Shown here: piece after piece, positions 19,003 to 28,139 of the stretch
Numbering within the stretch: position 1 is the stretch's first letter
Layout: each line of letters opens with the position of its first letter
From: an uncultured Verrucomicrobiae bacterium
GTDB taxonomy: Bacteria > Verrucomicrobiota > Verrucomicrobiia > Opitutales > JABDGR01
Assembly (NCBI GenBank): GCA_963765205.1
Contig: CAVXVB010000009.1
Location: 914,590-978,589, forward strand
DNA: 64,000 nt
Direction of reading: 5' to 3'
Position numbers and translations under genes: made by a program
Notes under the pieces: generated by a model
The model's database searches: none
Told to the model about the DNA's origin: nothing
The model's input: the letters and a program-made list of their open reading frames with translations, nothing else

Positions 19003-19805
19003 TGGACAGAGGCGGAGGTCGGAGCGGGTGCCGGTCGGATCGTGGCGGGTTTGTCCGGCAACGTAAAGCCATAACGCACAAAGACGGCGCGCGCCGCGTC
19101 ACTGAGCAGAAAGTCGCGCACTTTCGCCGCGGCCGCGGCGTGGCGCGTGGCCTTCACAATGGCGATGGGATAATTGATCGCCGGGGCGTCTGGCCCGGAG
19201 GCCGCAAATACTTCGCGCACCTTCTTCTCTGCTGCCGCGTCTGTGCGGTAAACCACGCCGAGATCCACATTATTCGAGACCACCGCCGCCAGGACAGTGC
19301 GCACATTGTCGAGCGGCACCAGCTTGCTTTGCACCGCCCCGAGGACTTTGGCTTTGTCGAGATATTCCGTCGCGTAATGGCCGGCTGGCACCGTTTCGGG
19401 ATCGCCGATGCCGATGTGTTTGATGATGTCCTGCGTCAGGGCGTTTACATCGGCAATTTTCAATTTGCTGTCGGCCGGCACGACGAACACCAGCGCGTTG
19501 CCCAGCAGTTTGGCGCGGGTGCCCGGCTGGAGCAGGCCCGCCTTGTCCAGCCCGTCCATCGTGTCATCGTCAGCGGAAATAAAAAGGTCGCTGGGCGCGC
19601 CGTTTTTGATTTGCAGGGCCAGCACGCCGGAGGCGGCGAGATTCGGCGTGAGCGTCACGTCCGTTTGCTTGAGGCACAGCGGCGCGAGTTCCGCCAGCAC
19701 GTCCTTCAGGCTGGCCGCCGCCGCCACGAGCACTTCGTCCCCGCGCGCAGGCTGGCCCAGCATCCCCAAATAACAAATCAAGCCGAGACAGATTTTGGCG
19801 TTCAT
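18999..19805 (-). CDS. modA: Molybdate-binding periplasmic protein
   Basis: 268-aa ORF with a signal peptide. Contains VLVAAAASLKDVL...LFISADDDTMD...GDPETVPAGHYA, which matches the ModA pattern. Confidence 0.8.
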   Translation of the reverse strand: MNAKICLGLICYLGMLGQPARGDEVLVAAAASLKDVLAELAPLCLKQTDVTLTPNLAASGVLALQIKNGAPSDLFISADDDTMDGLDKAGLLQPGTRAKLLGNALVFVVPADSKLKIADVNALTQDIIKHIGIGDPETVPAGHYATEYLDKAKVLGAVQSKLVPLDNVRTVLAAVVSNNVDLGVVYRTDAAAEKKVREVFAASGPDAPAINYPIAIVKATRHAAAAAKVRDFLLSDAARAVFVRYGFTLPDKPATIRPAPAPTSASVQ

Positions 19806-19856
19806 GGGGGCAGCAAAATAAAAAACGGCGATATATACAAGTAAATATAACGGTTT

Positions 19857-20216
19857 TCAGAAGCGGAGCAGGCGGACCAGCCTTTGCCGGTCCAGACGGG
19901 TGGCCTTCATACTTTGGGCTTCGATGGCCCGATAAAGGTGGAGGACCCGCGCCCCGGTGGCGGTCAATTTTGCTCCGCCGCGCCGGCGTCCGCCCCGCAC
20001 CGTCTCCACCAGCGGCTGGACGAAACCGCCGTTCATCTTTTTCACCAGCAGCCAGGCCCGCATATAGGACATGCCCATCCCTTTGGCCGCATCCGCAATC
20101 GAACCGGCTTGCTGGATGTGATCGAGCAACGCCGCCTGGCCGGGGCCAAAGGCAAAGCGCGGGCCGACGGAAAGGCGGAAGCGGGCTTCCAGCACCGGAC
20201 GGGCTTGCTTTTTCAT
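19857..20216 (-). CDS. ModE N-terminal-domain-like winged-helix regulator (no Mop domains)
   Basis: 119-aa ORF. GSIADAAKGMGMSYMRAWLLVKKMN...VETVRGGRRRGGAKLTATGARVL parallels the E. coli ModE N-terminus (GSISQGAKDAGISYKSAWDAINEMN...GGKGGGGAVLT) from memory. Confidence 0.7.
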   Translation of the reverse strand: MKKQARPVLEARFRLSVGPRFAFGPGQAALLDHIQQAGSIADAAKGMGMSYMRAWLLVKKMNGGFVQPLVETVRGGRRRGGAKLTATGARVLHLYRAIEAQSMKATRLDRQRLVRLLRF

Positions 20217-20229
20217 CGGGAGGCCTCTC

Positions 20230-20790
20230 CTACTCGCGCAAGTGCTTCAGGCACTCGCAAATGGCGGGCGCAAGAATGGTCAGGCACTCGCGCACGGCCT
20301 TCGGGCTGCCGGGCAGGTTGATGACCAGCGATCGACCGCGCACCCCCGCCATCGCCCGCGACAATATGCTCGTCGGCGCAATGTCGAATGAGCGCATCCG
20401 CATGATTTCGCCAAAGCCGGGCAGTTCTTTTTCCAAAACCTCCCGCGTGGCCTCCGGCGTGACATCGCGCGCCGCCGGGCCGGTGCCCCCGGTGGTGACG
20501 ACGAGCGTGCAAGTTTCGTCGTCGCACAGGCCCCGCAACGCCGCGGCAATTTGCGGTCGTTCGTCGGGCACCAGTGCGCGCGCGAATTGCGCCGCGCCGC
20601 CAAAGAGCGCGGCCAGCGCTTCCTCGATGGCCGGGCCGCTCAAGTCCTCATACACGCCCGCGCTGGCGCGGTCGCTGATGGTGAGGCGGCCGATTTTGAC
20701 GGATGGCGTTGGTGTAGGGGCGCAGACTTGCTGCGCCCGTGGTTTTGCTTTCCTGGGAGTTGGAGAATTCAACTTTGCGGAACGGGCCAT
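20230..20790 (-). CDS. mog: Molybdopterin adenylyltransferase MogA
   Basis: ORF 20230..20850 trimmed to ATG 20790, just after the moaC stop. RLTISDRASAGVYEDLSGPAIEE...LVVTTGGTGPAARDVTPEAT...PGFGEIMR...INLPGSPKAV closely parallels E. coli MogA. Has an N-terminal Lys/Pro-rich extension of about 30 aa. Confidence 0.8.
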   Translation of the reverse strand: MARSAKLNSPTPRKAKPRAQQVCAPTPTPSVKIGRLTISDRASAGVYEDLSGPAIEEALAALFGGAAQFARALVPDERPQIAAALRGLCDDETCTLVVTTGGTGPAARDVTPEATREVLEKELPGFGEIMRMRSFDIAPTSILSRAMAGVRGRSLVINLPGSPKAVRECLTILAPAICECLKHLRE

Positions 20791-20791
20791 T

Positions 20792-21244
20792 TTATTTTTT
20801 GGTTTTACTGAGCAACCGCACCTTTTCAATAACCATGCCCTTGTCCACACTCTTCAACATGTCGTAAAGCGCGAGCGCGGCAACGCTCGCGGCGGTCAGC
20901 GCCTCCATCTCGACCCCCGTGCGCGCGCCGGTGCTCGCCTCGGCGCGGATGACGATGTGGTCGTCACCCACTTCAAAATCAATCCGGGCATGATGCAGCG
21001 GCAGCGGGTGGCAGAGCGGAATCAACTCTGCCGTACGCTTGGCGGCCTGGATGCCCGCCACGCGGGCCACCGCGATCGCATCGCCCTTGGGCAGGGCGTG
21101 CTCGCGCAGATGGGCAATCGTCGCCGGCGCGCAGCGCAGCACGGCCTCCGCCACAGCGCGGCGCGACTGCACGGGCTTGGGCGCAACGTCCACCATGCGC
21201 GCGGCGCCGGTGGAGTCGAGATGGGTGAAGCGGGATTTGCTCAT
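20792..21244 (-). CDS. moaC: Cyclic pyranopterin monophosphate synthase MoaC
   Basis: 150-aa ORF with MVDVAPKP...[31 protein letters not shown]...[21 protein letters not shown]. Confidence 0.9.
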   Translation of the reverse strand: MSKSRFTHLDSTGAARMVDVAPKPVQSRRAVAEAVLRCAPATIAHLREHALPKGDAIAVARVAGIQAAKRTAELIPLCHPLPLHHARIDFEVGDDHIVIRAEASTGARTGVEMEALTAASVAALALYDMLKSVDKGMVIEKVRLLSKTKK

Positions 21245-21250
21245 GGGTCG

Positions 21251-22492
21251 TTATCCGCCAAAGACGATAAAGGTGTCAACCAGGCTGCCCGCCGGCAATT
21301 CCATTGTGTCGGGAGGAACCAGAATCAGCGCATTCACGCCGACCAGCGCGGCCAGATGGCCGGAGTTGTTCCACGCCCGCGGGCGGACTAAGTTAACTCC
21401 CTTTGTTTTGTCGTAGGTCAGCGTGGCGGGCCAGTAGGTGGGCCGGCGGTTCGCGCAGTTTAAGAGTGGCTCAACGAGGGCCAATGGTTTGAGCCGGTGC
21501 AATTCATCCAGACCCCGCAGGCGGGCCAAAGCGTGGTGGACGAACAAATGATAGCACACAAAATGCGAGACCGGGTTGCCCGGCAGGCCAAAGGCGATTT
21601 GCCGCCCGCGAAAACCCACCAGCAGCGGCCGACCAGGCCGGCTGTTGATTTTGCGGACGGGCAGTTCGTAACCCGCGCCTTCGAGAATCCGCGCCGCGTA
21701 GTCGTGCTCGCCGACGCTCGCACCGCCGGAAATGAGCACGACATCAGTGGAGGCGAAAGGCTCCGCGGCCAGCCGCGCCGCGGCGCGCGCTGGGTCGTCG
21801 CCCCAATGCTCCTGATGAATGTTGGCCGCCGGGACGAGGCCCTGCACCGTGCCTTGCAACAAGGCCGCAATCAAAACCTGGTTGCTGTTTCGAATTTGGC
21901 CGGGGCCGGGCACCGACTCCGGCGGGACGATTTCGTCGCCCGTCGTCGCGTGCGCCACGCGCGGCATGGCATTGACCAGCGGGGGCACCTCGCCAATCGA
22001 AGCCAGCAACGCGAGTTCCACCGCGCCCATATAGGCGCCCTGCGCCAGCAAAACCTCGCCTGCGCGCGCGTCACTGCCGCGCACCCGCACGTTCTCGCCC
22101 GGTTCAACCCGGCGGTTCACATGAATGAATTCGCCTTCGACGCGCGCTTCCTCCTGCATCAAGACCGCGAGGCCGGGCGCCGGCAACGCTGCACCCGTAA
22201 AAATGCGCAAAGCTTCGCCTGTACCCGGCGTGCGCGCCGCGACTTCGCCCGCCTTCACGACGCCGATGACACGATATTTCGCGGGAGCGTCCGACGGAAT
22301 AAACGCGTAACCGTCCATCGCCGAGCGGTCGAACGGCGGTTGGTCGGCATCGGCCTTGACCTCCGTGGCCAGCAAATACCTGTGCGCCTGGAGCAACGGC
22401 AAGCGCTCGGGAGCGAGCGGCTGCACGCGCTCATCAAGCAGTCGCCACACATCCGCGACCGAGGCATCGGAAACTGGAGTTTTTTCCGCCAT
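21251..22492 (-). CDS. moeA: Molybdopterin molybdenumtransferase MoeA
   Basis: 413-aa ORF with FDRSAMDGYA...IRNSN...VVLISGGASVGEHDY...KINSRPGRPL...GLPGNPVS. Confidence 0.85.
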   Translation of the reverse strand: MAEKTPVSDASVADVWRLLDERVQPLAPERLPLLQAHRYLLATEVKADADQPPFDRSAMDGYAFIPSDAPAKYRVIGVVKAGEVAARTPGTGEALRIFTGAALPAPGLAVLMQEEARVEGEFIHVNRRVEPGENVRVRGSDARAGEVLLAQGAYMGAVELALLASIGEVPPLVNAMPRVAHATTGDEIVPPESVPGPGQIRNSNQVLIAALLQGTVQGLVPAANIHQEHWGDDPARAAARLAAEPFASTDVVLISGGASVGEHDYAARILEGAGYELPVRKINSRPGRPLLVGFRGRQIAFGLPGNPVSHFVCYHLFVHHALARLRGLDELHRLKPLALVEPLLNCANRRPTYWPATLTYDKTKGVNLVRPRAWNNSGHLAALVGVNALILVPPDTMELPAGSLVDTFIVFGG

Positions 22493-22505
22493 GGCAGGTC
22501 CGGCC

Positions 22506-22898
22506 TCAGGCCGGCACGACCTCGACTTTCCAGATGGGCACGTCGGTTTTCAAAAGATCCATGAGTTCGGCCAGCGCGGCGAAAGCCTCGCGGCGGTGCG
22601 GCGCGGCGACCGCGGCATAAACCGCGGCCTCGCCAACCGGCACCAGCCCCGAGCGATGCCAGAAGCGCGCGGCGACGAGACCGTGCTTCTTCGCCAGCGC
22701 ATCCAGATGCGCAGCAAGCACGCGGCGCGCCATCGCCTCATAAATGTCATAGCGCAGCGCGCCGATTTTCTTGCCGGCTTCCATCGCACGCACGCAACCG
22801 TGGAATTCCGCCCACGCGCCCGCCACCCCGCGCACGCATTCCGGTGGCGGTGGCGGTCCGGCCCAGGCGGCGTCCAAGAATAAAATTTCCATCCACAT
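22506..22898 (-). CDS. moaE: Molybdopterin synthase catalytic subunit MoaE
   Basis: 130-aa ORF with GAWAEFHGCVR...LVPVGEAAVYAAVAAPHRREAFAALAELMDLLKTDVPIWK. The start may instead be ATG 22892. Confidence 0.75.
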   Translation of the reverse strand: MWMEILFLDAAWAGPPPPPECVRGVAGAWAEFHGCVRAMEAGKKIGALRYDIYEAMARRVLAAHLDALAKKHGLVAARFWHRSGLVPVGEAAVYAAVAAPHRREAFAALAELMDLLKTDVPIWKVEVVPA

Positions 22899-22909
22899 GA
22901 TATTTTATG

Positions 22910-23149
22910 TCATCCGCCGGAAACCGGCGGGATCAGCGCCACTTCGTCGGCGTTGGCGAACTCCCCGGCGGGGCCGGCGTAGGTGCCGTTGCGCGCGAGG
23001 TGGATGCTGGCGCGGTAGGGCGCGAGGCCTGGGCGCAGGGCAAGCAGACGCTCCCACAAGGCGTCGGCGGTGAGCGGCGCGGACACTTCCAGCACATCCT
23101 CGCGGCGGTCCAGTGCCTTCGCCACATGCGCGAAATATAGAATCTTCAT
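22910..23149 (-). CDS. moaD: Molybdopterin synthase sulfur carrier MoaD
   Basis: ORF 22910..23200 trimmed to ATG 23149 (MKILYFAHVAKAL...). 79 aa ending in ...IPPVSGG, the ubiquitin-like Gly-Gly C-terminus. Confidence 0.8.
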   Translation of the reverse strand: MKILYFAHVAKALDRREDVLEVSAPLTADALWERLLALRPGLAPYRASIHLARNGTYAGPAGEFANADEVALIPPVSGG

Positions 23150-23416
23150 GACGTGAAAAAGGTCTTTCGTAGGGCGGGGGCTATTCCCGCTTTTTGCCAT
23201 TTGAGCTTAGTGATTGATGTAAAGTCACTTGTGAAAAGTGGAGGATGTTGCGCTTACCGATGGGGCAAGCGAGAGGCAACGAACCAAAGAGGACTCTTAA
23301 GCCCATTGCCACCCATATAATACCCTCGTCGCAACCAGAATCGAGCCGAATAATGCCGTAAGTCCAACCGCAGACCGGGGCGGATATAGAGGGCAAATTA
23401 TTTACGTCCTCCGCCT

Positions 23417-23473
23417 CCCAGGGTTTCGCTACGCTCAGCCCTGGGCTAGATTCCTTCGCCCCGTTGGGGCGAA
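23417..23473. repeat. Two adjacent perfect hairpins in a 500-bp noncoding region
   Basis: The first hairpin pairs cccaggg (23417-23423) with ccctggg (23439-23445) around a 15-nt loop. The second pairs ttcgcccc (23455-23462) with ggggcgaa (23466-23473) around a gtt loop. Confidence 0.6.
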
Positions 23474-23649
23474 AGCCAAGCTGCCCAAATTCAAACTGAC
23501 CCAATGCCCGTTATCTTTAAGGGTTTACTTTTGCCGATTTTTTGGGCATAATGTAAGTTCAGATGCCGCTGCGTTTGTCTCCTTTGAGATGTTCCCATTT
23601 GCCCAACGATTTTCCACCATTTTTCAATCTTCCGCTGAATCCTCGCGCC

Positions 23650-26280
23650 ATGCACCGCTCGACCTCTCTTTTTGCCCTCCTTATCACGCTGCTCGCTGCA
23701 GCCCTGCCCGCTTATTTGAGCGCCCAACCCATCGTCACCGGCCTGCCGACGGACAAGTCCGCGTTCATTGGCACGGCCAACGCCACCGTCACCTTTGATG
23801 TCGTTGCCGTCTCTGCGGACAACGGGACGCTCTCTTACCAATGGGGCATCGTGACGGGGAACGGCAATTTTACCACCGTGACCAATAGTTCGACCTACAG
23901 CGGCGTCTTGACGCCCAATCTGACCGTCAACAACACCGACCTGACGCTGAACAATGGCGGCACCGGCACCAAATACAAATGCGAAATCACCGAGGGCAAC
24001 ACGACGTTTACCACTTTCGGCGCCATCCTGAACGTCTATAACGCGCCGACGGTGGTGCCCACCTTAACCATTTCCGGCAACGGGGTGACCTCCAACACGG
24101 TGCTGGCCAACAGCACGGCCAACATTGTCCTGACCATCGGCAACTTGAATACCACCTCCAACGATACCGTGAGCGTGCAACGCTATCTGGACACCAATGG
24201 CGATGGCAAAGTTGAGGCGGGCAAGCCGCTAGTGGAAAAATTTGCCGTCACCAACAACAAAGTCACCGCGTTTGGTAGCGTGACCGACCCCGTCATTCCC
24301 GGCGACGATACCAACATCAATGGCACGATAAACACCCATATCAATCTCAGCACTTCAAACGAAGTGGGGCAGATTTCGGGTAATTACATCATTAAGATAG
24401 GCAGCCCCACCGGGGAGTTTATTCCCATCACCCAAATCCTGACCGTCACCCAGCCCAACTACGGCCCGAGCGTGAGCGGCCAAGTGACCAGCAATGGCAC
24501 GGGGGTGCCTTTTGCCCCAGTGGCGATGTTGCAGCAGACGGACAGCAATGGCGACGAAACATTTATTGCCGGCACCGTGGCCAACGCCACGGGTAATTTC
24601 ACCCTCAATGCACCCCTAGGCAGCAACTACGCCCTTTTGGGGTTTGCTGCGGGCTATGTTTCGCCGTTTTCGTTGGCGCCGAGCTTCGACCTCACCAGCA
24701 ACACAAATCTCAGCGGGAAAAATATCGGCGTGTCGCCCGCCACCTGCATGATCACGGGCAAGGTGCTGGACTCCGTCACGTCCAATCCCATCTCCAGCGT
24801 GCAATTTTTTGCGCAGGGCAATTCGACGCAAAGCATCGCGACCTCTCTCTCGAACAACAATGGCGAGTTCGTCATCCCGGTGGTTGCAGACACTTGGGAT
24901 ATAGACTTTTCCGATTACAGCCTCCCCCCCTTGGGCTACCTTAGGCCGCAAAACAAACCCTCCGCCACCACCACGGCCGAGACCGATTCCGAGAATAACG
25001 GAGGTAATAACAACACCGCGAACGCCGGGATCACCAACATCACCGTGTCCCTGCTGGCGGTCAATGCGCTCATTTATGGCACCGTCACCAATAACGGCAG
25101 CCCCTTGGCCAACGTGCTGCTGGACGGCAGTGACTCGAATAACAACCAGGCGACGGCCACCACCAACGCGAGTGGCTACTACTACATGGGCGTCAACGGC
25201 CCGACCGGCGGCTCGGGCGACAATTGGAACGTCAGCGCGGACAGTAAAAATCCCACCCTCAACGGCCTGGTGCCGTTCTCCGGCAACAATTTCACGGTGA
25301 ATAACAACACCGCGCAGGAAGCGAACTTCACCACCCAGACCGTCACGGCCTACATCAATGGCACGGTGATCGACCTCAGCAATAGCACGGCGCTGGGCAA
25401 CCTGCCCATTCAAGCCGAATTAAACAACAATAGTGGCAACTTTGTCCAGGTGCAGACCACCACGGATGACAGTGGCAACTTTAGCTTCGGTGTCTTTGGC
25501 GGCAGTTGGAACATCCAACTTGATTACGGCAGTGGCAATGACACCCAGAATGCGACGCTCTCCAATCTCGTCAGTGAAAGTTTGAATGAAAACGTCACCA
25601 ACGGCACGAACATCACCGTCACGCCCTACTTTGCGGTGCTCAATGCGACCAACACCATCACCGGCAACGTGCTGGACGGCAACGGCGCTCCAGTCTCCAA
25701 CACCAACATTAACGCCCAGACCACCAACAACACCACCATCGGCGGCCTCAGTTACACTTCTTACGCCAACACTAATTCCAACGGGACTTACTCTTTGCCG
25801 GTGGTCAACGGCACTTGGAATGTTTTCCCGGGAACGCAGATTTATCCAACGGTGATGATCACCGTCAACGGCTCTTCGGCGAACCCGATCATCCAAAACT
25901 TCGCGCCTTCGCCCTTCCTCGTTTGGGTGCAGAACAACTTTGGGAGCAACCAGTTGGGCGACCCCAACACGGCCACCGAAACCCCGGTGGGCGACGGCAT
26001 CCCAAATTTGGTCAAATACGCCTTTAACCTCAACCCGACCACGAACCAGCAGCAAAACCTGCCGCAGGCCACTTTGTCCGGCGGAGCCTTGCACCTGGTC
26101 TTTGACAAAACCGCCAGTGACATCACCTACACGGTCCAATCCAGCACGGACTTGGTCACTTGGACCACGACGGACCCGAGCCTGCTCGTCGAAGACTGCG
26201 GCGAGCAAGTCACCGCCACTTACACCCTGACTGGCCACCCGATTGCGTTTTTGCGCATTTTGATCACGTTGAATAACTAA
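23650..26280 (+). CDS. Large secreted Asn/Thr-rich protein with an Ig-like N-domain and carboxypeptidase-regulatory-like repeats
   Basis: ORF 23563..26280 trimmed to ATG 23650 (MHRSTSLFALLITLLAAALPAYLSAQP, a signal peptide). Repeated units resemble GKVLDSVTSNPISSVQFF...NNGEFVIPVV, GTVTNNGSPLANVLL...ASGYYYMGV and GNVLDGNGAPVSNTNI...SNGTYSLPVVNGTW. The C-terminus contains ...TYTVQSSTDLVTWTT.... Confidence 0.7.
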   Translation: MHRSTSLFALLITLLAAALPAYLSAQPIVTGLPTDKSAFIGTANATVTFDVVAVSADNGTLSYQWGIVTGNGNFTTVTNSSTYSGVLTPNLTVNNTDLTLNNGGTGTKYKCEITEGNTTFTTFGAILNVYNAPTVVPTLTISGNGVTSNTVLANSTANIVLTIGNLNTTSNDTVSVQRYLDTNGDGKVEAGKPLVEKFAVTNNKVTAFGSVTDPVIPGDDTNINGTINTHINLSTSNEVGQISGNYIIKIGSPTGEFIPITQILTVTQPNYGPSVSGQVTSNGTGVPFAPVAMLQQTDSNGDETFIAGTVANATGNFTLNAPLGSNYALLGFAAGYVSPFSLAPSFDLTSNTNLSGKNIGVSPATCMITGKVLDSVTSNPISSVQFFAQGNSTQSIATSLSNNNGEFVIPVVADTWDIDFSDYSLPPLGYLRPQNKPSATTTAETDSENNGGNNNTANAGITNITVSLLAVNALIYGTVTNNGSPLANVLLDGSDSNNNQATATTNASGYYYMGVNGPTGGSGDNWNVSADSKNPTLNGLVPFSGNNFTVNNNTAQEANFTTQTVTAYINGTVIDLSNSTALGNLPIQAELNNNSGNFVQVQTTTDDSGNFSFGVFGGSWNIQLDYGSGNDTQNATLSNLVSESLNENVTNGTNITVTPYFAVLNATNTITGNVLDGNGAPVSNTNINAQTTNNTTIGGLSYTSYANTNSNGTYSLPVVNGTWNVFPGTQIYPTVMITVNGSSANPIIQNFAPSPFLVWVQNNFGSNQLGDPNTATETPVGDGIPNLVKYAFNLNPTTNQQQNLPQATLSGGALHLVFDKTASDITYTVQSSTDLVTWTTTDPSLLVEDCGEQVTATYTLTGHPIAFLRILITLNN

Positions 26281-26292
26281 CCCTCGTTGCGG

Positions 26293-27015
26293 ATGCCCGG
26301 CCTTGAATTGGATTGCGCGCGCGTGCGGGCGGTGACGTTTGACGCCGGCGGCACCTTGCTCACGCCGCAGCCGGGCGTCGGCGAGGTTTATGCGGAAATC
26401 CTCGCGCGCTCGGACATTGCCATTACGCCGGGTCTGCTCAACCAACGTTTCCGCGCGGCATTCAAGGAACTGACCTTCACACGGCCGCGTTCCGTGGTGA
26501 ATGAAGCGACCGAAGGCGCGTTCTGGCACGAAGTCGTGCGCCGCAGCGTGACACCGGAATGCCCCGAAAATTTGGTTGCGCGAGTCTTTGCGGAATTGTG
26601 GGAGGAATTCGCCGCGGCGCGGCGCTGGCGCGTGCTGGCCGGAGTTGAAGAAATGCTGGTGGCGCTGTCTGCGCGAAAGAATCTCCGCCTCGCCGTGCTT
26701 TCGAACTGGGATGCGCGCCTGCACCGCGTGCTGGGCGCGTTTGGGTGGGCGCGCCAATTCGAGCGCGTGTTCATTTCGAGCGAAATCGGCGCGGAGAAAC
26801 CGGATGTGCGCGCCTTCCGGGCGGTGGAGTCCGCGCTCAATCTTTCCTCGTCCGCGTGCTTGCACGTCGGCGACAGTTATGCCCATGATTACCGCGCTGC
26901 CCAAAACGCCGGCTGGGAGGCGATCCTGGTGGCCCGCGCCCCGCTGGCCGCTGATTCCCCAATCAACTCGATTGCCAAGCTCGATGAATTGCCGGCCATC
27001 TTTCCAAAACCTTGA
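26293..27015 (+). CDS. HAD-superfamily hydrolase
   Basis: Contains VTFDAGGTLL (motif I DxxGT variant), LSNWD (motif II), KPD and GDSYAHDYRAAQNAGW (motifs III/IV). The track ORF starts at TTG 26287; the ATG is at 26293. Confidence 0.7.
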   Translation: MPGLELDCARVRAVTFDAGGTLLTPQPGVGEVYAEILARSDIAITPGLLNQRFRAAFKELTFTRPRSVVNEATEGAFWHEVVRRSVTPECPENLVARVFAELWEEFAAARRWRVLAGVEEMLVALSARKNLRLAVLSNWDARLHRVLGAFGWARQFERVFISSEIGAEKPDVRAFRAVESALNLSSSACLHVGDSYAHDYRAAQNAGWEAILVARAPLAADSPINSIAKLDELPAIFPKP

Positions 27016-27073
27016 TTCCCGCCGGTTTCAGTTTCATAACTCCGCACTTCACACTCCACACTTCACCCTTCCC

Positions 27074-27442
27074 GTGGAATACCCCCGCCCGACCAACAAC
27101 CTCATCGCCACGCTGCGCGGCCTGCCCGAGGACCACAGCGTGGCGAAGCTGCGCCCGGCCTTTCCGCTCGGCAACCTGATTGAGGTGCTGGAGCAGAAAT
27201 ATAAAATCGGCCAGGATAAAATCGAAGACCTCATCGCCAAACACTGGACGCAGCTGGTCGGCGAGCACGCCGCGCACCGCAGTGCCCCCCAGCGCGTGGT
27301 CGGCGGCGGCATCCTGCTCATCCAGGTCAACAACCCCATGCTGCGGCAGGAACTGCAATTCCAGCAGCATAAAATCCTGGACCGCCTCCACCGGCTGCCC
27401 GGCGGCGGCGTGATCAAGGCATTAAATTTCCGCGCGGGGTGA
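27074..27442 (+). CDS. DUF721 (DciA-like) protein
   Basis: C-terminal part of track ORF 26576..27442: ...IAKHWTQLVGEHAAHRSAPQRVVGGGILLIQVNNPMLRQELQFQQHKILDRLHRLPGGGVIKALNFR, the typical DUF721 pattern. There is no in-frame ATG after the HAD stop. The GTG at 27074 is proposed, so the start is uncertain. Confidence 0.55.
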   Translation: MEYPRPTNNLIATLRGLPEDHSVAKLRPAFPLGNLIEVLEQKYKIGQDKIEDLIAKHWTQLVGEHAAHRSAPQRVVGGGILLIQVNNPMLRQELQFQQHKILDRLHRLPGGGVIKALNFRAG

Positions 27443-27681
27443 GTTATTCACAAAATCGGCTTGCGTTGGGGCGCGGGAGGTGGTTTATTTAGCCCTTGCG
27501 TTAGAGTCGGCGACCCCAATCTCACCATTGAACGCCGGTTCCGCGGCCCCCGGCCCGGCGCGCCACCCAACCTAAAATTTGGCGCGTCTGGTCCGGCCCA
27601 ACGGCAGTTTCGGCGAGGCGCTGGAATTGCGGTTCCGACCGTTCGGATCTCCAGTTGGCCGTGCGAAAGATCCACAAAATC

Positions 27682-27948
27682 ATGCCTGAAGCTGTTAATA
27701 AAGAGAACGTCATCACCAACTTCCGTATTCACGAGAAGGACACCGGTTCCTGCGAAGTGCAAGTCGCGCTTCTCACCGCCCGCATTGCCCATCTGACCGA
27801 GCATTTGCGGGACCATCGCAAGGATTTTCACAGCCGCCGCGGCCTTTTGCAAATGACCAGCAAACGCCGCCGGCTGCTGAATTACCTGAAGAAGCACGAT
27901 CTGGAGAAGTATGCCGAGTTGCTCCAGAAACTGAACCTGCGCAAGTAA
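27682..27948 (+). CDS. rpsO: 30S ribosomal protein S15
   Basis: ORF 27655..27948 gives 88 aa from ATG 27682: ...[55 protein letters not shown]. Confidence 0.9.
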   Translation: MPEAVNKENVITNFRIHEKDTGSCEVQVALLTARIAHLTEHLRDHRKDFHSRRGLLQMTSKRRRLLNYLKKHDLEKYAELLQKLNLRK

Positions 27949-28139
27949 CCCCCCGTCCCTCAAAATCGTCCCAGGCCCCGCCTGGTTCTCCCATCGTGCT
28001 TGCCGGCTGTCTGACCCCGGGTGTTTCGGAATAAACCATTCCGACGCCACCGCCTTGCGCGGTGCTGGGCCAGGCCCGCTTGCCCTTTCCATCTGCATCC
28101 AAAAAATAACACCGCGCGCCCTCTTGCGCGCCCCATCCC

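Noticed and set aside
23150-23420. Possible Moco riboswitch in the moaD leader
   Set aside because: A Moco riboswitch is expected biologically upstream of a moa operon. However, I could not match the minus-strand leader to the Moco RNA consensus from memory. A cmsearch with Rfam RF01055 would settle it; it is not claimed here.
23181-23504. 107-aa minus-strand ORF upstream of moaD
   Set aside because: It runs through two perfect hairpins and a compositionally atypical spacer. It has no motif and no sensible start context, so it was treated as noncoding.
27443-27681. Structured leader upstream of rpsO (possible S15 autoregulatory element)
   Set aside because: Several 5-6 bp hairpins exist (for example cgcgcc...ggcgcg and gatct...agatc). 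S15 leaders are not sequence-conserved across phyla, and I cannot distinguish signal from the chance pairing expected in GC-rich DNA.
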